64,000 bases of DNA from Guillardia theta CCMP2712 (taxonomy: Eukaryota > Protista > Cryptophyta). A program made the position numbers and the translations under genes. The DNA lies in NCBI RefSeq assembly GCF_000315625.1, contig NW_005434498.1, positions 30,478 to 94,477 on the forward strand, given 5' to 3'. Below are positions 1 through 11,961 of this stretch, piece by piece (the stretch's first letter is position 1; each line of letters begins with the position of its first letter). Below the pieces are notes generated by a model. That model was not told the origin of the DNA. It searched no databases and was given only the letters and a program-made list of their open reading frames with translations.

Positions 1-1871
1 CTCCTCTGCAGGGAGCTTGTCACTCTCCTCCATGCAGACAAAAGCTCGTGCAAAGCCAGGGTCTGTTTCGGTGACAGGATAAAGTGACTGCATGCAGGCC
101 AGGATAGTGTTTCCTTCACACTCCGGTTCTCCATGCTGGCACTGGATGGAGTCTCCAGAGATGCGCCCATTGCCGTAGGGGTAGAGCTTAAAGTCAACCA
201 GCTTGTTGAAGTCAGTGTTTGTGATGAGATCCTTGAGCACAGTCGACGTGTAGTACTTGCAGCCAGGGCACATGCTCTCCATGTAGAAACCAAGCTCGAC
301 CTTGCCGTTAACCTTCTTGATCTGAAATGGCTTCTCCTCGTTTGATCTCTTTGTTGCTGACATGCGGCGCTTCAGTGCCCGTACCTTCGAGGTGATTTCA
401 GATTGCTTTTCCTCCTCAGCTTCCTTCTCCTGCTTGTGTTTCTTGGTGATAGTGTCGAGGTACTGCTTCAAGTCATTCTTTTGCTCATCAAACTTTTCGA
501 TTTCTTCTTGCTTAGTCTTCTTCGCGGCATTGTTCTGAGCCTTGATCCAATCTCCAACCTTCTTGAGCTGATTCTTTTCTTTCTTCTCCTCATCAGCCTT
601 CTCAGCATTGGCTCTTGCCCTTTGCGCTTCAACATACTTCTGAGTCTTGAGATTCTGAATCATTCGCATCTTCATCGAAGGAGCAGCTGGTTGGTGATTG
701 GAATCTTTGGACAAATCGCGAACTGCACGTTGCACTTGTTTATCGCGATTCTTCTCTTGTAGGTATCTCATCCTCTTCTCATGACCTTCTTCTCTGGATG
801 CCTCCTCGGCCGCCCTGCGCTGGGCACGCTGAGCCAAGATTTTAGCCTGACTCTGCTGATCCTGCAATTCCCATATGTTAAACTCGAAGAAGGTGATCCT
901 GGCATCATCACCAACGAGTTTTGAGCCAGATGATTAACGTGGTCCACAGCGCCAGTAAGGTCACCACTGTGTCCACCCATCTATTGCGCAAGCGTCACAA
1001 AAAACTCAAGGGGTCCGAGTAAACACTTGAACCTCGGCGTGATGAAGCATTCCCGGATGGTTATGAAGTCTTGCGGAGTAGTGAGCCTAAAGAGAATTCA
1101 GAAGACCCAAACAGAGTCAAAGCACTAGACCCGTCGCTCGGAGTGATACTTGTTCGCCAACTTGTCGAAATAGTTGTTCAACGAGCTGAAAGCGCATCAA
1201 AATGCACAACTTGCATATCCTAACAAAATTTACTTGTCGCCACTAGAAGCAGTGTTCATAATTCGAACGTGTTCCATTTGTTGCTTCTTGCCTGATGCAA
1301 TCGTAACGAGGAAAGAAAGGACGAGGCAGAGACGAAGCGATCAGGAATTCCTTACCGATGCTGTCAAAAAAGTCGTTCATGTTGGAACGAGCAGCAACGT
1401 CATCGAGCTGCTTCGAGGCTGCGAAGTGAGCCTGGCATATGTAGCATTAGCCAAGAAGAAGCCTGGAGCGGCTCACCTCCTCCGATTTGACAAACGACAA
1501 ATCCTTCTCTGGAACAACCTGCAAATCCATAAGTTGAGATTTATCACTTTGTAGTACTTCAATTACCCCATCACCGCTCCCAATCGGGTTCTTGAAGGCG
1601 AGCACGGAGCCCCTTTGACTGCGAGTGAAATGCACTCCCACAAGGGCCAAGACAGCAACAAGGATCAAAGGAATCGCAAAGCGAATCCTCGTGGAGTTTC
1701 TGATTAAAAGTCAGACCTACAGCAGACCAAGGGAGGAGCACTCACATGTTTCCCAGCAAAGGAGTCAGCTCAGCCTGCAAGAACAATCAGACTGACGTCT
1801 GCGATGCTCATATCCGCCTGCTCCGTCTCCCTCTCCTCCTCACACTTGCTCCTTTGCCTCACCGCAGCCAT
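1..1871 (-). CDS. GILT-like (gamma-interferon-inducible lysosomal thiol reductase family) protein with N-terminal TM anchor and K/E-rich coiled-coil stalk; multi-exon, 3' end runs off the window
   Basis: Manual minus-strand translation of about 1-310 gives VELGFYMESMCPGCKYY (CxxC active site) and LYPYGNG...CQHGEPECEGNTILAC (GILT signature CQHGx2ECx2Nx4C). Upstream exons give MAA|AELTPLLGNI|NSTRIRFAIPLILVAVLALVGV (ATG at 1871) and a long charged helical segment at about 330-865. Confidence 0.85.
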
Positions 1872-2147
1872 GACGACTCTTCGCACTGACGGTTATGTGA
1901 TGCAACGGTCAAATATAAACTAAACCCGCTCAAGATGGCAGCCTAAACCCTCTCAATCCTAACTAAACCTATCTTTTAGTTTTCTGGTTAGAACCAAGGA
2001 GGTTACCAGTTAACGGAAACCGTTACGTCTTTGAAATTCAAAGCCTCGCTTTAGACTAGGGCGCCAGGCATGGCGGCCTGAGGTCCATTGGTTCGCTTGG
2101 ACGTCTTGAATGAACTTTTTACGCGGACAATCATCAGATAACGAGTT

Positions 2148-3848
2148 TTGAAGCGAGCATCGATGACCAAGGGCGTGTTCGAACACTACAGCCCAGATCT
2201 TGGGGATGGCTATGGTGGCAGGTTCATGGAACCCAAGTTGAAGGAACTGCTTAAGCGTCAAAACTTGAAGGCTTCAGGGGGACGAGTGAGCAGCTCACCC
2301 CCGAAAGATGACAACGCCCGACAGCCGTCTTGGGTCTTCAACAGCAGCAAAGCAGATTGTAGCGAATCGAGTCAAGACTCTGAAGATTTGACTGGGCTTA
2401 TTGTTGATGAGCAACTCAAAAAGAAGCTCAGGCAGCAATATAAGAGAGCAGCCAGAGGGATAATCCTTGTCTCTTCGCTTCCAACAGATACTATGGCACT
2501 AGCAAAGCAACCATCCAGTCCAATACAACCCACTGTAAATAGCATCAGAGAGAGAAGAGAGTTATTCACCAGCAATGGTTTACAATCATTCAAACAGAGC
2601 TACACCAAACCTCGCAAGGAAGCAACATCCATTCAGACAATTGACCGTCTCATGGAGGATGGCGACGGAAGTAGGAACGACGGAAATAGGAACGAGAAGA
2701 CGGATGTCGATTACCACATCAGCCTCCTGAAGCAGATTGAAATAGAACATGCGAAAGTTCTTGCAGAAATGGAATTGATCGAAACATGTTCGGACTCGAA
2801 CGACAATGAAGCAAAAAGCCAGAGTCATTCAAGTGCGTTCTCCTTGTATCAAGGCCTGCGGTCAGATGAAAGAAATTTCTTCATGTTTGCAGAAGACGGT
2901 GGTGGAAACTCTGCAAAACTTGAGAAGTGTGACCAAGACAGTGATAAAGGTACTTTGAAAGGTACTTTGGAGGAGCAAGAGATGAGTATGAAGTCTCCTG
3001 CTGCCCAAGAACGTGCGACGACACCCGAGGATGTTTTAAGTGATTTTACGGCTTGCCTGACTCCAATCGTCGTCGATAACTCTCAGGCGATCGTGATCGT
3101 TACAAAAGGACAGCAAGAAGAACTCTTTTCCTCCTACGATAACATCAATGCAAGCTACATGTATTGGACAGACAAAGAAAATCTACGTTGTACATTACAA
3201 TATCCTTCTCAGAAACAGGACGCGATCGAATGTGAGTTGGATAATTCAAGTCTGGGACACATCTCATGTGACATAGTTGAGATCATCCACCAGCCAACTT
3301 GCCTCATCCAGACCAATCAAAGAAATCACATCCCTGCTGATGTTCACGTCTCGTTCTCCAGTCAGGAAAGCACGAACACCATTCTCTCTAAGGGAAGGCT
3401 TGTGCGGGCACATGCGCAGGGGCTGGTGGAGGAGCTGAAGCAGAATGTTTGCAAGATGAAAGCGAAGCCCTTCAGCTTAAAGAAGATGGAGGACTTGCCT
3501 CCGCACGAGCCTCCGTTTCCTCCGGAATCTTATGGGCTACAACCTGTGAAGCAAGACAAGGTGCCGGCTGTCAGTCGCAGAAGTATTCTCCGAGACCTCG
3601 ACCGCGATTGGCTGCAGAACTTACAAAACAGGCAGAATCCTAGGAGGAAGCAGGAAGACGCCGAAGCCATCCAGCGGCAATGGAGGCATACGAGCCTCAT
3701 GATCCGAGGATCCGACTCCTGCCGCAGCATACCAGCCCTTCCCCTGCTGGAAGATTCCAGATTGGGAACCGACGGACAATGGATACTGCCATTCAGCCGG
3801 GGCGCTGCTGGGAGGCAGCAAGCAGGCTCTTCATGCTTCCGCTGCTGA
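2148..3848 (+). CDS. Hypothetical low-complexity/disordered protein with a possible IQ-like motif near the C-terminus
   Basis: Uninterrupted 566-codon ORF, first ATG a few codons in (MTKG...), S/E/K-rich; AEAIQRQWR resembles an IQ motif. No family recognised. Confidence 0.55.
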   Translation: MKRASMTKGVFEHYSPDLGDGYGGRFMEPKLKELLKRQNLKASGGRVSSSPPKDDNARQPSWVFNSSKADCSESSQDSEDLTGLIVDEQLKKKLRQQYKRAARGIILVSSLPTDTMALAKQPSSPIQPTVNSIRERRELFTSNGLQSFKQSYTKPRKEATSIQTIDRLMEDGDGSRNDGNRNEKTDVDYHISLLKQIEIEHAKVLAEMELIETCSDSNDNEAKSQSHSSAFSLYQGLRSDERNFFMFAEDGGGNSAKLEKCDQDSDKGTLKGTLEEQEMSMKSPAAQERATTPEDVLSDFTACLTPIVVDNSQAIVIVTKGQQEELFSSYDNINASYMYWTDKENLRCTLQYPSQKQDAIECELDNSSLGHISCDIVEIIHQPTCLIQTNQRNHIPADVHVSFSSQESTNTILSKGRLVRAHAQGLVEELKQNVCKMKAKPFSLKKMEDLPPHEPPFPPESYGLQPVKQDKVPAVSRRSILRDLDRDWLQNLQNRQNPRRKQEDAEAIQRQWRHTSLMIRGSDSCRSIPALPLLEDSRLGTDGQWILPFSRGAAGRQQAGSSCFRC

Positions 3849-6800
3849 AGCTGTGCGGAAGAATTTCTCTGCGTCTTCAGGGACAGAAAAGAATTGTCCC
3901 TCCTCTTTTACAGCATCGATGAATTGCGCCCAGTGCTCGTTCTGCAGCAACATCATCTCCCCTCCTCCCTCCCCATGCGCTTGGCTGTGACGTCACCTGC
4001 GACAAGACCGACGAGTTTCCGAGGACGATGAGCGAGCGCCTTGCTCGAGTCAGCGCGACATTCATGCGGCGAACGTCACTGACGAAGCCCAAGTTCTTCT
4101 CCTTGCCGGACCGCACGCAGCTCAGAAGCGCAACGTCAACCTCTCGTCCTTGAAAGGCGTCGATGGATGAGACTTGCAGGTCGAGCAGACGAGCCTCCTG
4201 CAGCTGCCGGCGGATCTCCGTGACCTGCCGGCGGTAGGGCGACATGACTGCGATGCTCAGGGAAGAATTCTTCGCCTTGAGCTGCAGAAGTCTGAGAATG
4301 GCGGCGCAGGCTCTGGCCTCCCCCTTGTTGTATCGCGAGTTCCTCTGCGCTCCTTCCCCAAACATCTCAGCTGATTCGATGTCATACCACACCAAAGGTC
4401 CAAGCCGCGTGTCCGCATGCCTGCATGTACATCACTATCCATACTTGCACATTCCTCCTTGCTCTTCATCCCGCCTACCATGGCGCTGCCATCTCCTCTG
4501 CAGAAAAGAAATCCTTGAGTTTGTTCTCGTAGAAGTGGCGGGAAGGGAAGGCACGGATCTTGGGGTGCATGCGGTACTGAACGGTGAGCATGTGCGAGTC
4601 GTAGCCAGCAAGCTGAGGGAGAAGATGAGGAAGAGAAAGAGGAGGGTGAGAACAACTTGAAGGCGCTCAAACAGACTGCGCGTGAACTTGAGCTCCTCGG
4701 ATCTCCTTGAGAAGACGGTCGCTGCAGCATCGGTCGGGAACCAAATTGACAAGCGAGGGCAAGGCATCGAGAAGGAGCCCGGGTGAAGAATCGAGGAGAA
4801 AGAAAAGAATGGGACGATACCGGGAAGCTGCCTCGGGTCACCAACGAGGATGTATTTCTTCGCTTGAAACTGCGAAAGTCAACCAGCGGAAAGGGAGGAG
4901 AAGGGAGAAGAAACCCACTTGGAGGGGGATGAGCGTGGAGGGCTCGATCGCCTGAGCTGCTTCATCGATTATGACAAAGTCGAATCCTCGCGTCAGCTTG
5001 CTCATGGCGGTGCTTCCTGCTCCACTCAGCGTTGTGCATACCACCTGCACCTACTTAGTCAGTGACGCAAACAAGAGTCTGAGGAAGGAGGAGGGAAGGT
5101 GAGGACAAGGAAAAGGAGGAAGAGGTTTTCCTGCACGTGGTTTAGGATATGAGTACGAAGCTTGACTTTGACTGCGTTGAGCTCGGAGTTGATCTTTCCT
5201 TCTGACCCGGAGCGAACACTGAGCGCTGTCAACATTACGTTCCTCCTCTCCTGCAACTCTTTCTTTGCTTCTGAAGACAAACTTTCCATATCCTTGTCCA
5301 ACTGCTCAGTGATCCTCTCTACCTCCTCCTTGAGATGCTTCAGGTCTACTCCCTTTCTCTTTGCGCTCTCTCGCTCCCCCTCCTCGCCTCCTTCGCCCTC
5401 CTTGTTCAGATGCGCCAAGCGCTTGGCGACGAGCGTTTCCAGACTCACTTGCTCCCACACGTCTCGGCGGACCTGCGACTTCGGTCCCACCCGCACAACC
5501 GACACTGAAAGCTTCTGCTGCTCCTTCCTCTCCTCCCCCTCCAGCTGCAGCCCTCCTGACAAACGACCTGCAACCTGATGGCTGCAGGTGAGCACAAGGG
5601 AAATACAGGAGGGGGTGGGGGAGATGCTGAAAGATGATGAAAGTTGAGAACACCTCATCCACTGCTGCATTCGATGGTGCACAGATAAGAACACGGAGAT
5701 CCGCAGCATCCTCCGCTCGGACTGTGGGAGCGAAGAGTGCAGCGACGAGAGCAAGGATTGTTCGCGTCTTGCCTGTTCCTGGCGGTCCCTGCATAACGAG
5801 GAGGAGAAATCAAGAGGTGCAGTAGTGAAGTGCATGGAAAGAGGCATAAAGTTCAAGGGAGCTGAGAAAAAGACCTGAATGAGATTGAAGCATCTGCGAG
5901 GATCAAGACAGGAGCGGATTGCTATGAGCTGATCTTCGTTGAGGGAACCTTTCAAAAGGAAGCGAACCCTAGTGTCGGTAGGAACAGCAGCCTCTCTCTG
6001 TCCTGCTCCCACTGCCCCTCCTTCTAGGTACGACATAGGATCCAAGATCAGCCGCTGCATGTTGGCAGGTAGCGAGCGAACGCTGTGGAGAGCAACAAAC
6101 TCCCGCAAGCCGGTTGAAAGGTTATGGTTGAGCGGGACTAAGACAAGGTCGCCTTCTTCCTCCTCCTCTCCTCCTCCTCCTCCTCCTCCTTCACCACGAC
6201 CCGCGCGAATTTCTCGTAGGATACGAGAGTTGAGCCGCTTGAGCCGAGGATTAAGGTTTGCTCCTATCTTGACCCGACAAAGCGATTCTGTTCCTCCCCC
6301 TCCGACTGCTCTTCCTACACCTCGACTAGTACCTACCTGTTTCTCCACAATTCCAATCGCATGTTCGGGCTCGTCGTCATCTGGCAATCTTCCTGTTCTC
6401 TTCCTTCGCACATCTTCACACCTCCTTACCCAGGCCAAGAGGACGAGGTCGTTCTCCGACAGTTCGTCTAGCATGCTCTCCTCCTTGGCAACGGTCGAGG
6501 GGCCGACGAGAAAGCTGTTGAAGTTCTCCTGCTCCTCGCATGCAGACACGCACACTTTCAACCTGCTCGCATCCAGCAACAGACTACGTGCCTCGTCGAA
6601 CGATCCTCTGATCTGCTCCCAGCTCTCTTCCAGCAGAAAGTTGGTAAGCATGTCTTCGTACTCGTCAAGCCCTACAAACTTGACGGGAACTTCGCGGTGC
6701 TTCTGCGCGTGCGGAAAACGATCAAGTCGGAGGTCCCAGGCCAGCACGAGTAGGAGAAACTCGACCTCGAGCTCCTCCGGCGACCTCTCGCTCCTCCTCG

Positions 6801-9800
6801 AGCGAGTGCCGAGGACGTCTCTGACGACTGAATCCTTCATGCTGCTCGAGAGGTCCATGACTAGGTTGCCGACCGTGAGCTTGCATGAACTGCTCTGCTC
6901 TCCCTCGCTTTGCTGTGCCTTGGAGCCGCTGATGTCAGCGAGAATGGCTTGCAAGCCTCCTACACGCTGCTCCTTCACGCCTCGAGGCGTACTTTCCGCT
7001 TCCTCGCTCCTTGGCTTCTTCCTCTTTATCGTCGTCTCCTTCGCTTTGCTCGTCCTCTGACCCTCAACTCGAACATCCGGGTCCCTCTTCTGCGGTCCTT
7101 GATAGGTCCTCGAAGCTCTTGAGGAGGTAGGTACCGAGGCAGGCAGGGCATGCAGCGAGCTCTGCCCGAGATTTCCCAGCCCTGGGACCCCCAGGGGAAC
7201 AAGCTCGCGACAAAGGGAGAGGATCTGCTCGTCCGTCCACAGACTTCTCCGCTCCACCAGCCTCCGGAAAAGCTCTTTCTCCTCCTCCTCCAGCTGTTCT
7301 CCATGATGTCGAAAAGTCTGCAGGACATGGAGGATGCAGGCGCACCAAACTCGCCTAATCTGCAGGTTCGCTACTCCACCCCACTGGAAGAGGGAGAGAG
7401 AAGAGAGGGAACTATCAGCATTCAAGACAATAGGACCATGCCGCTTACCTTGGCAAGAGATCCCAGCCATTCCTCGTGCGCCGCCAGCAGCGTGCGGCAG
7501 TTTCTGGGGTCGAAGTCTTCGTCGTCGCTGTCCCTATCACCCTCATCGTCGGGTGTCATGTCTTTCAAGAACGTCCAGCTCGAGTGGAAGAGGAAGAAGA
7601 AGCTTTCGGTCACTCTGTCGAAGTACGCATGCTGAGGAGAAGACTGAAACCTTTCTCCGCGAAACCTACAGACAAAGAAGTGACGAGCAGTAGTGAGAGG
7701 TAGGACATGGCACCTCGACCGCGCCATCATGAAAGTCTTGAGAAGGCGCCACAGGAGGAGCAAAATTTTCTTACGCAGCTCCTGATGGATCAAAAGCATC
7801 ATATCCGAGATGACATCTGCTGCGATCCTAAAGAGATGCTCGAGAAGAGGGAAAAATAATCCATCCAATCCAATCCCATCTACTTCCTCCAACACCTTGA
7901 AGAAACCGCGCGCAAAGGAATCAGGGCTGCTTGCAGCAGTATGCTTCATCGCAGTGCTCAGATCTGGTCGTTCCATCGGTGAAGGAGCAAAGCAGCTGAT
8001 GAGGAGTCGGACGACGACGTCTCGGAGGCTCAGGTTTGCTATCACACTCAGAGCAAAGCAGCTCTGCTTCACGCCCTCCTCCTTTTTCACGTGCTCGAGA
8101 ACCTCCTCATGGTACGTAAGCTGCTTTGCGTAGAGCAGGAAAAGCTGGGAAAACCTAACCAGGATCGCCTCCTTCATAGACAAATCTGCCATTGTCGCTA
8201 TGTCGCCGTCCAGTCTCTGATCGACGTCGAGCCACAGCAGCAGAGCGGAAGCTGTTCGAAGAATGGAAGCATGAATCTCACCAGGGATGCTGCGCACTCC
8301 TGCTCTGAGCAACAGCCAATCCCACATGCTTCCCAGCCATTCGGGCGAGTCGGAGGAAAGGGGAGGAGAGTGCAAGGAATTCCGAGCAGGCTGTAAGCCA
8401 CGTCGTAGGATGAGGAGAAGGTTGTTGGTTTGCAGTTCCATCAGCCTTTGGATGGTTTTGATTGGAGATAGACGGACAGAAGGCGGGAGATTGAGAGAGC
8501 AGGTGGCACCCAGCAGGTGAGGAATCCACTGATGGGCGGAGACGAGAGGAAGCTTTCTCATGCTGCCAGCATCCAGCATCCTGTTGACCACCTGAACGAG
8601 CACTTTGATGCTCATGCTCCCGATAGTAGGATCATTCGCAAACTGCATGGAGCTGCCGCTGAGGAAGAGAAAGAGCTCCTCGCTTACCTCTTGACCAAAG
8701 TGACCTGAGGATAAGCACGAGCAGGCAACTTCCTCGAGGATCTCAAGCGCGATCTTCTTCACAGGCATGCTGACACATCTCTCGACGAGCTCGCAAAGGA
8801 TTCTCTTCATGAAGTGAGGACTGAAAGTGCTTCTCTCCCAGAATTCACTCCCGTGAGATTTCAGGAGATGCAGCAGGCACTGAGACGCCGCTAACACTGT
8901 CTTGGACCTCTCTACCACAGAGACAGTCACAGTCGGAAGAAATCCAGGAAATCGTTCTGAAAATTGTGTTTTGATGGACTGCGGTCGCATTTGCCTCAAG
9001 ATAACAAGGACGGCTGTCCAGAGCTGGAAAAAAGATCAGATTGGTCTCACAGCACAGAAGTCATGGCATGATTTTTCTCCTCACCACATTCTCATCATCG
9101 CTGAAGATGTAATCTTGTCCTTCATCCAGTTGCTGCCGAAACTTCTGATCATTGTCAAGTCTATTCAGACCATTTATCGTCCTGTTGACTATCTCATCGA
9201 CCACCCATTCCAGCGCAGGAGGTTCGTCGATGCAGTCCAAAGTTCCCATGCATCTCACCTGCAAACGCAAGTCAGCGAATGAAACTCTTCGTTCACGGCA
9301 CCTGCGATCTCGCCCAATCTCGAACGGTTTGATCGTGATGAGCACACAACATGTACACGCCTGGAAGCTTCAGAGCACCGGAGATTTGCAGGCCCTAGGT
9401 GCCAGAAACAAGACAATCAGAAGACCCGGAAGGCGTCCGATTCCACCCACCTCTTTCCTGGTGATCAGGCATCGCATCACCCGATTGAAGCCCTCCCAAA
9501 GGTGCTTGTCGCAGATCAGCACTTGCGGCCTCAGAAGAATTTCGATGAGAGTGCAGAGAACTTGATCGAGGTTCTTTCCAGCCAATACATTCTCTGAAGA
9601 CGCTGGCCTGAGAATTGCACTGAATCTCTCACAATCCCATTCATCCAGGCATGTTGCAAGCCGTTTCCTGGTATCCGCTTTGTTGGCAAGGCCGAGATTG
9701 TCAAACTCACTTTGTTCATCATCTTGGACTGCTGCTGTTCTCGCCTGATGGAGGCGGAAGGCGCAATTGAGACATGTCGAGGCCTGAACTTTGATCTTGC

Positions 9801-10173
9801 TCTGCAAAAAATTCACAGTTGGCTGCCCAGCAAACTTCCATAGCCACAGCAGTTCTTTCACAATCGCAGTATTCTTGCAGATCCAATGAGCTTCACCTGT
9901 CTCAAGAAGATACGCTGTTGGCGCATGATGGTCAGGTTCGCGAAACACCTGATGGAGTGATACTCACAGGTTGCCTGCTCGAAGTATGCTTGACGATCGC
10001 TCTTGAGAAGCGAAGGATCCGGCACTGTCATCGTTGGTGCAAGAAGGTAGAGACCGCTAAGGGTCCAAAGGGAGCCAAAGAGGACCAGCAAGCAAGCAGG
10101 AAGGTGACAGATCTATTTCAGATACGCCCTCCAATGTGCTCGCCTGCAAGTCTTCGCCCCCATCGTCTTTCAT
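3831..10173 (-). CDS. SEN1: Sen1/senataxin-like superfamily 1 (Upf1-like) RNA/DNA helicase, multi-exon
   Basis: Motifs LIQ|GPPGTGKT (Walker A), VLICAPSNAAVDE, VVCTTLSG, FDFVIIDEAAQAIEPSTLIPL, MHPKI, IAVMSPYRRQV, VSSIDAFQGRE and GFVSDVRRMNVALTRAR. The long helical N-terminus contains HWIC...CLNC, as in the Sen1 N-terminal domain. The last exon reads NEHWAQFIDAV...AAEA* (TGA at 3831-3833). Confidence 0.85.
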
Positions 10174-10383
10174 GATCGCCCCTAAGAGCTTATCGCTTGG
10201 CCTGACCGAGTCCCCCTCAGCCAAAAGAGTTTCCTCTCGTGAGGGCAGGAACATAACATTAATAAGCGTGTGGTTGAGTGACACACGGTGACCAATGGTG
10301 ACAGATCAATTCTTCCGAAGTCCAACTACCCATGTTTATCCTGTGTCTGTCAGAGTAGGGGTGGGTACCAAGTTTGTGCTTCA

Positions 10384-10612
10384 TTTTCCCGCTTTTCTGC
10401 CTTCCCTCCCTCCTTCCCGCCCTCCTTCCCTCCCTCCTTCCCGCCCTCCCTCCCTCCCTGTTTCCCGCCCTCCTTCCCGCTCTCCTCCCTCCTTCCCGCC
10501 CTCCTTCCCGCTCTCCTTCCCTCCTTCCCTCCCTCCCTGTTTCCCGCCCTCCTCCCTCCCTCCTTCCCTCCCTCCTTCCCTCCCTGTTTCCCGCCCTCCC
10601 TCCCTCCCGCGT
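10384..10612. repeat. Polypyrimidine minisatellite (CCCT/CCTT units interspersed with TTCCCGC)
   Basis: Almost pure C/T on the + strand, with nine TTCCCGC copies counted by eye, four of them TTTCCCGC. Confidence 0.95.
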
Positions 10613-10627
10613 TCTTCCTGATCAAAT

Positions 10628-11961
10628 ATGGAAAAAAGGAAAAGAAAGAAGCATAAAAACCTCTTGTTCTGATTCACATACGACGGTCAGGATATGTTGG
10701 AAAAAACATCTCCAACAACAAAAAATGCTCGATGTGATTGACGATTGGGTGAAACACATAAGCAAAATAAGCCATCGAAGTAGTTTGATCTTCAATCGAT
10801 CTGTTGTTATGGTGTTTTGAGAAACATTCAAGTCAAGGTGATGATACTTACATCACAAGACTGTTTGATCAAACATACAATCGGACCTGTTTTTTGATGG
10901 GTGAAAAACGCAGAGGTAACGCAATTCAGTTGGATGTTTTAGATGAGTTTTGGCGAGAAAGAGGGAACAAGTATCAACCCATACAACGCAGGAAAGAAGG
11001 GGATGTTCGAGTGCTGTACTATTCTGCTGATCAGTATGCAACAAACTTTCAAAACTACATGTTCTATGCAATTGGACCGAAACAGACTAAATACATCAAG
11101 GAATGGGGAAAGCTCAACGGAATTTCTTCAGAAAAGGAGATACAGGATATACGGAATATTGTGAATGGATGGAGTTTTCCACCAAAAACTCGTGTTCTCG
11201 AAAGACAGGATGTCGTGGATTTCATAAGGGAGCAAAATGAGATCATTGGATGGGACAATCATTACAACTTGGCATGGAACCCTGACAAAATCAAGAGAAA
11301 CTCTGAACAAAAGAATTGGATGAAAGCATTTTGGAGATTCATGGTATATCTGATCGATATACCATTGCACCTATTTTCAAAATACGCAAACAATCTATTC
11401 GCGTAGACATCATTGATTTGTTTCACATCATGGATCAGTCTTGTCTGTTGCAATATTCAAAAGGGTGGAAAAAGCAAATAGCGAGATCCTGTTCGAACAT
11501 AATTGTCAAAACAAGTTTGCAAGCCTGAAGATGGAGAATTACATCCACAAACACAAGGCGATTGATAAGTTCTTCATGAAGATGAAAGGTGATCGTTCAA
11601 ATCAAAGTCCATTGATTGCATACGGTGATGCATCATTCGGTTGTACTGGACATGGAGAGAAATCAGTGCCTGTAAAATGGATCAAAAGGCAATGTCAGAA
11701 TTCTTCGAGGTGAAGGAAGTTGACGAATTCAGAACAACAAAATATTGCAATCAAAGCCATCAAGAATTGTATGATTTGGAACGAAAACAAATCAAAAAGA
11801 ATGGTATAATGGCTGACGAAGTCTCAGTGGTGCGGTGTTTGAAATAGTGCAGATCCACCAATTGTATTCAAAACCGTATCAAGTCTCGTGATATCAATGC
11901 TGCTATGAATATTCTATTGTGCTACTTGTCTCTTTTATATTGGCGCGTGGGTCTTCAATGA
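10628..11961 (+). pseudogene. Degenerate Fanzor1 (eukaryotic TnpB homologue), mobile-element derived; several frameshifts, an in-frame stop and an apparent internal deletion
   Basis: Successive frames give IDDWVKHISKISHRSSLIFN, GDVRVLYYSADQYATNFQN...KQTKYI, IAPIFKIRKQSIRVD, KFASLKMENYIHKHKAIDKFF, LIAYGDASFGCTGHGEKSVPVKWI, VDEFRTTKYC, and VRCLK*CRSTNC...KSRDINAAMNIL. This is the RuvC-II / Zn-finger / RuvC-III order of Fanzor and TnpB. No RuvC-I DPG motif is visible. Confidence 0.85.

Noticed and set aside
10288-10677. ORFs of PPSF/GGRE repeats
   Set aside because: They are translations of the pyrimidine minisatellite.
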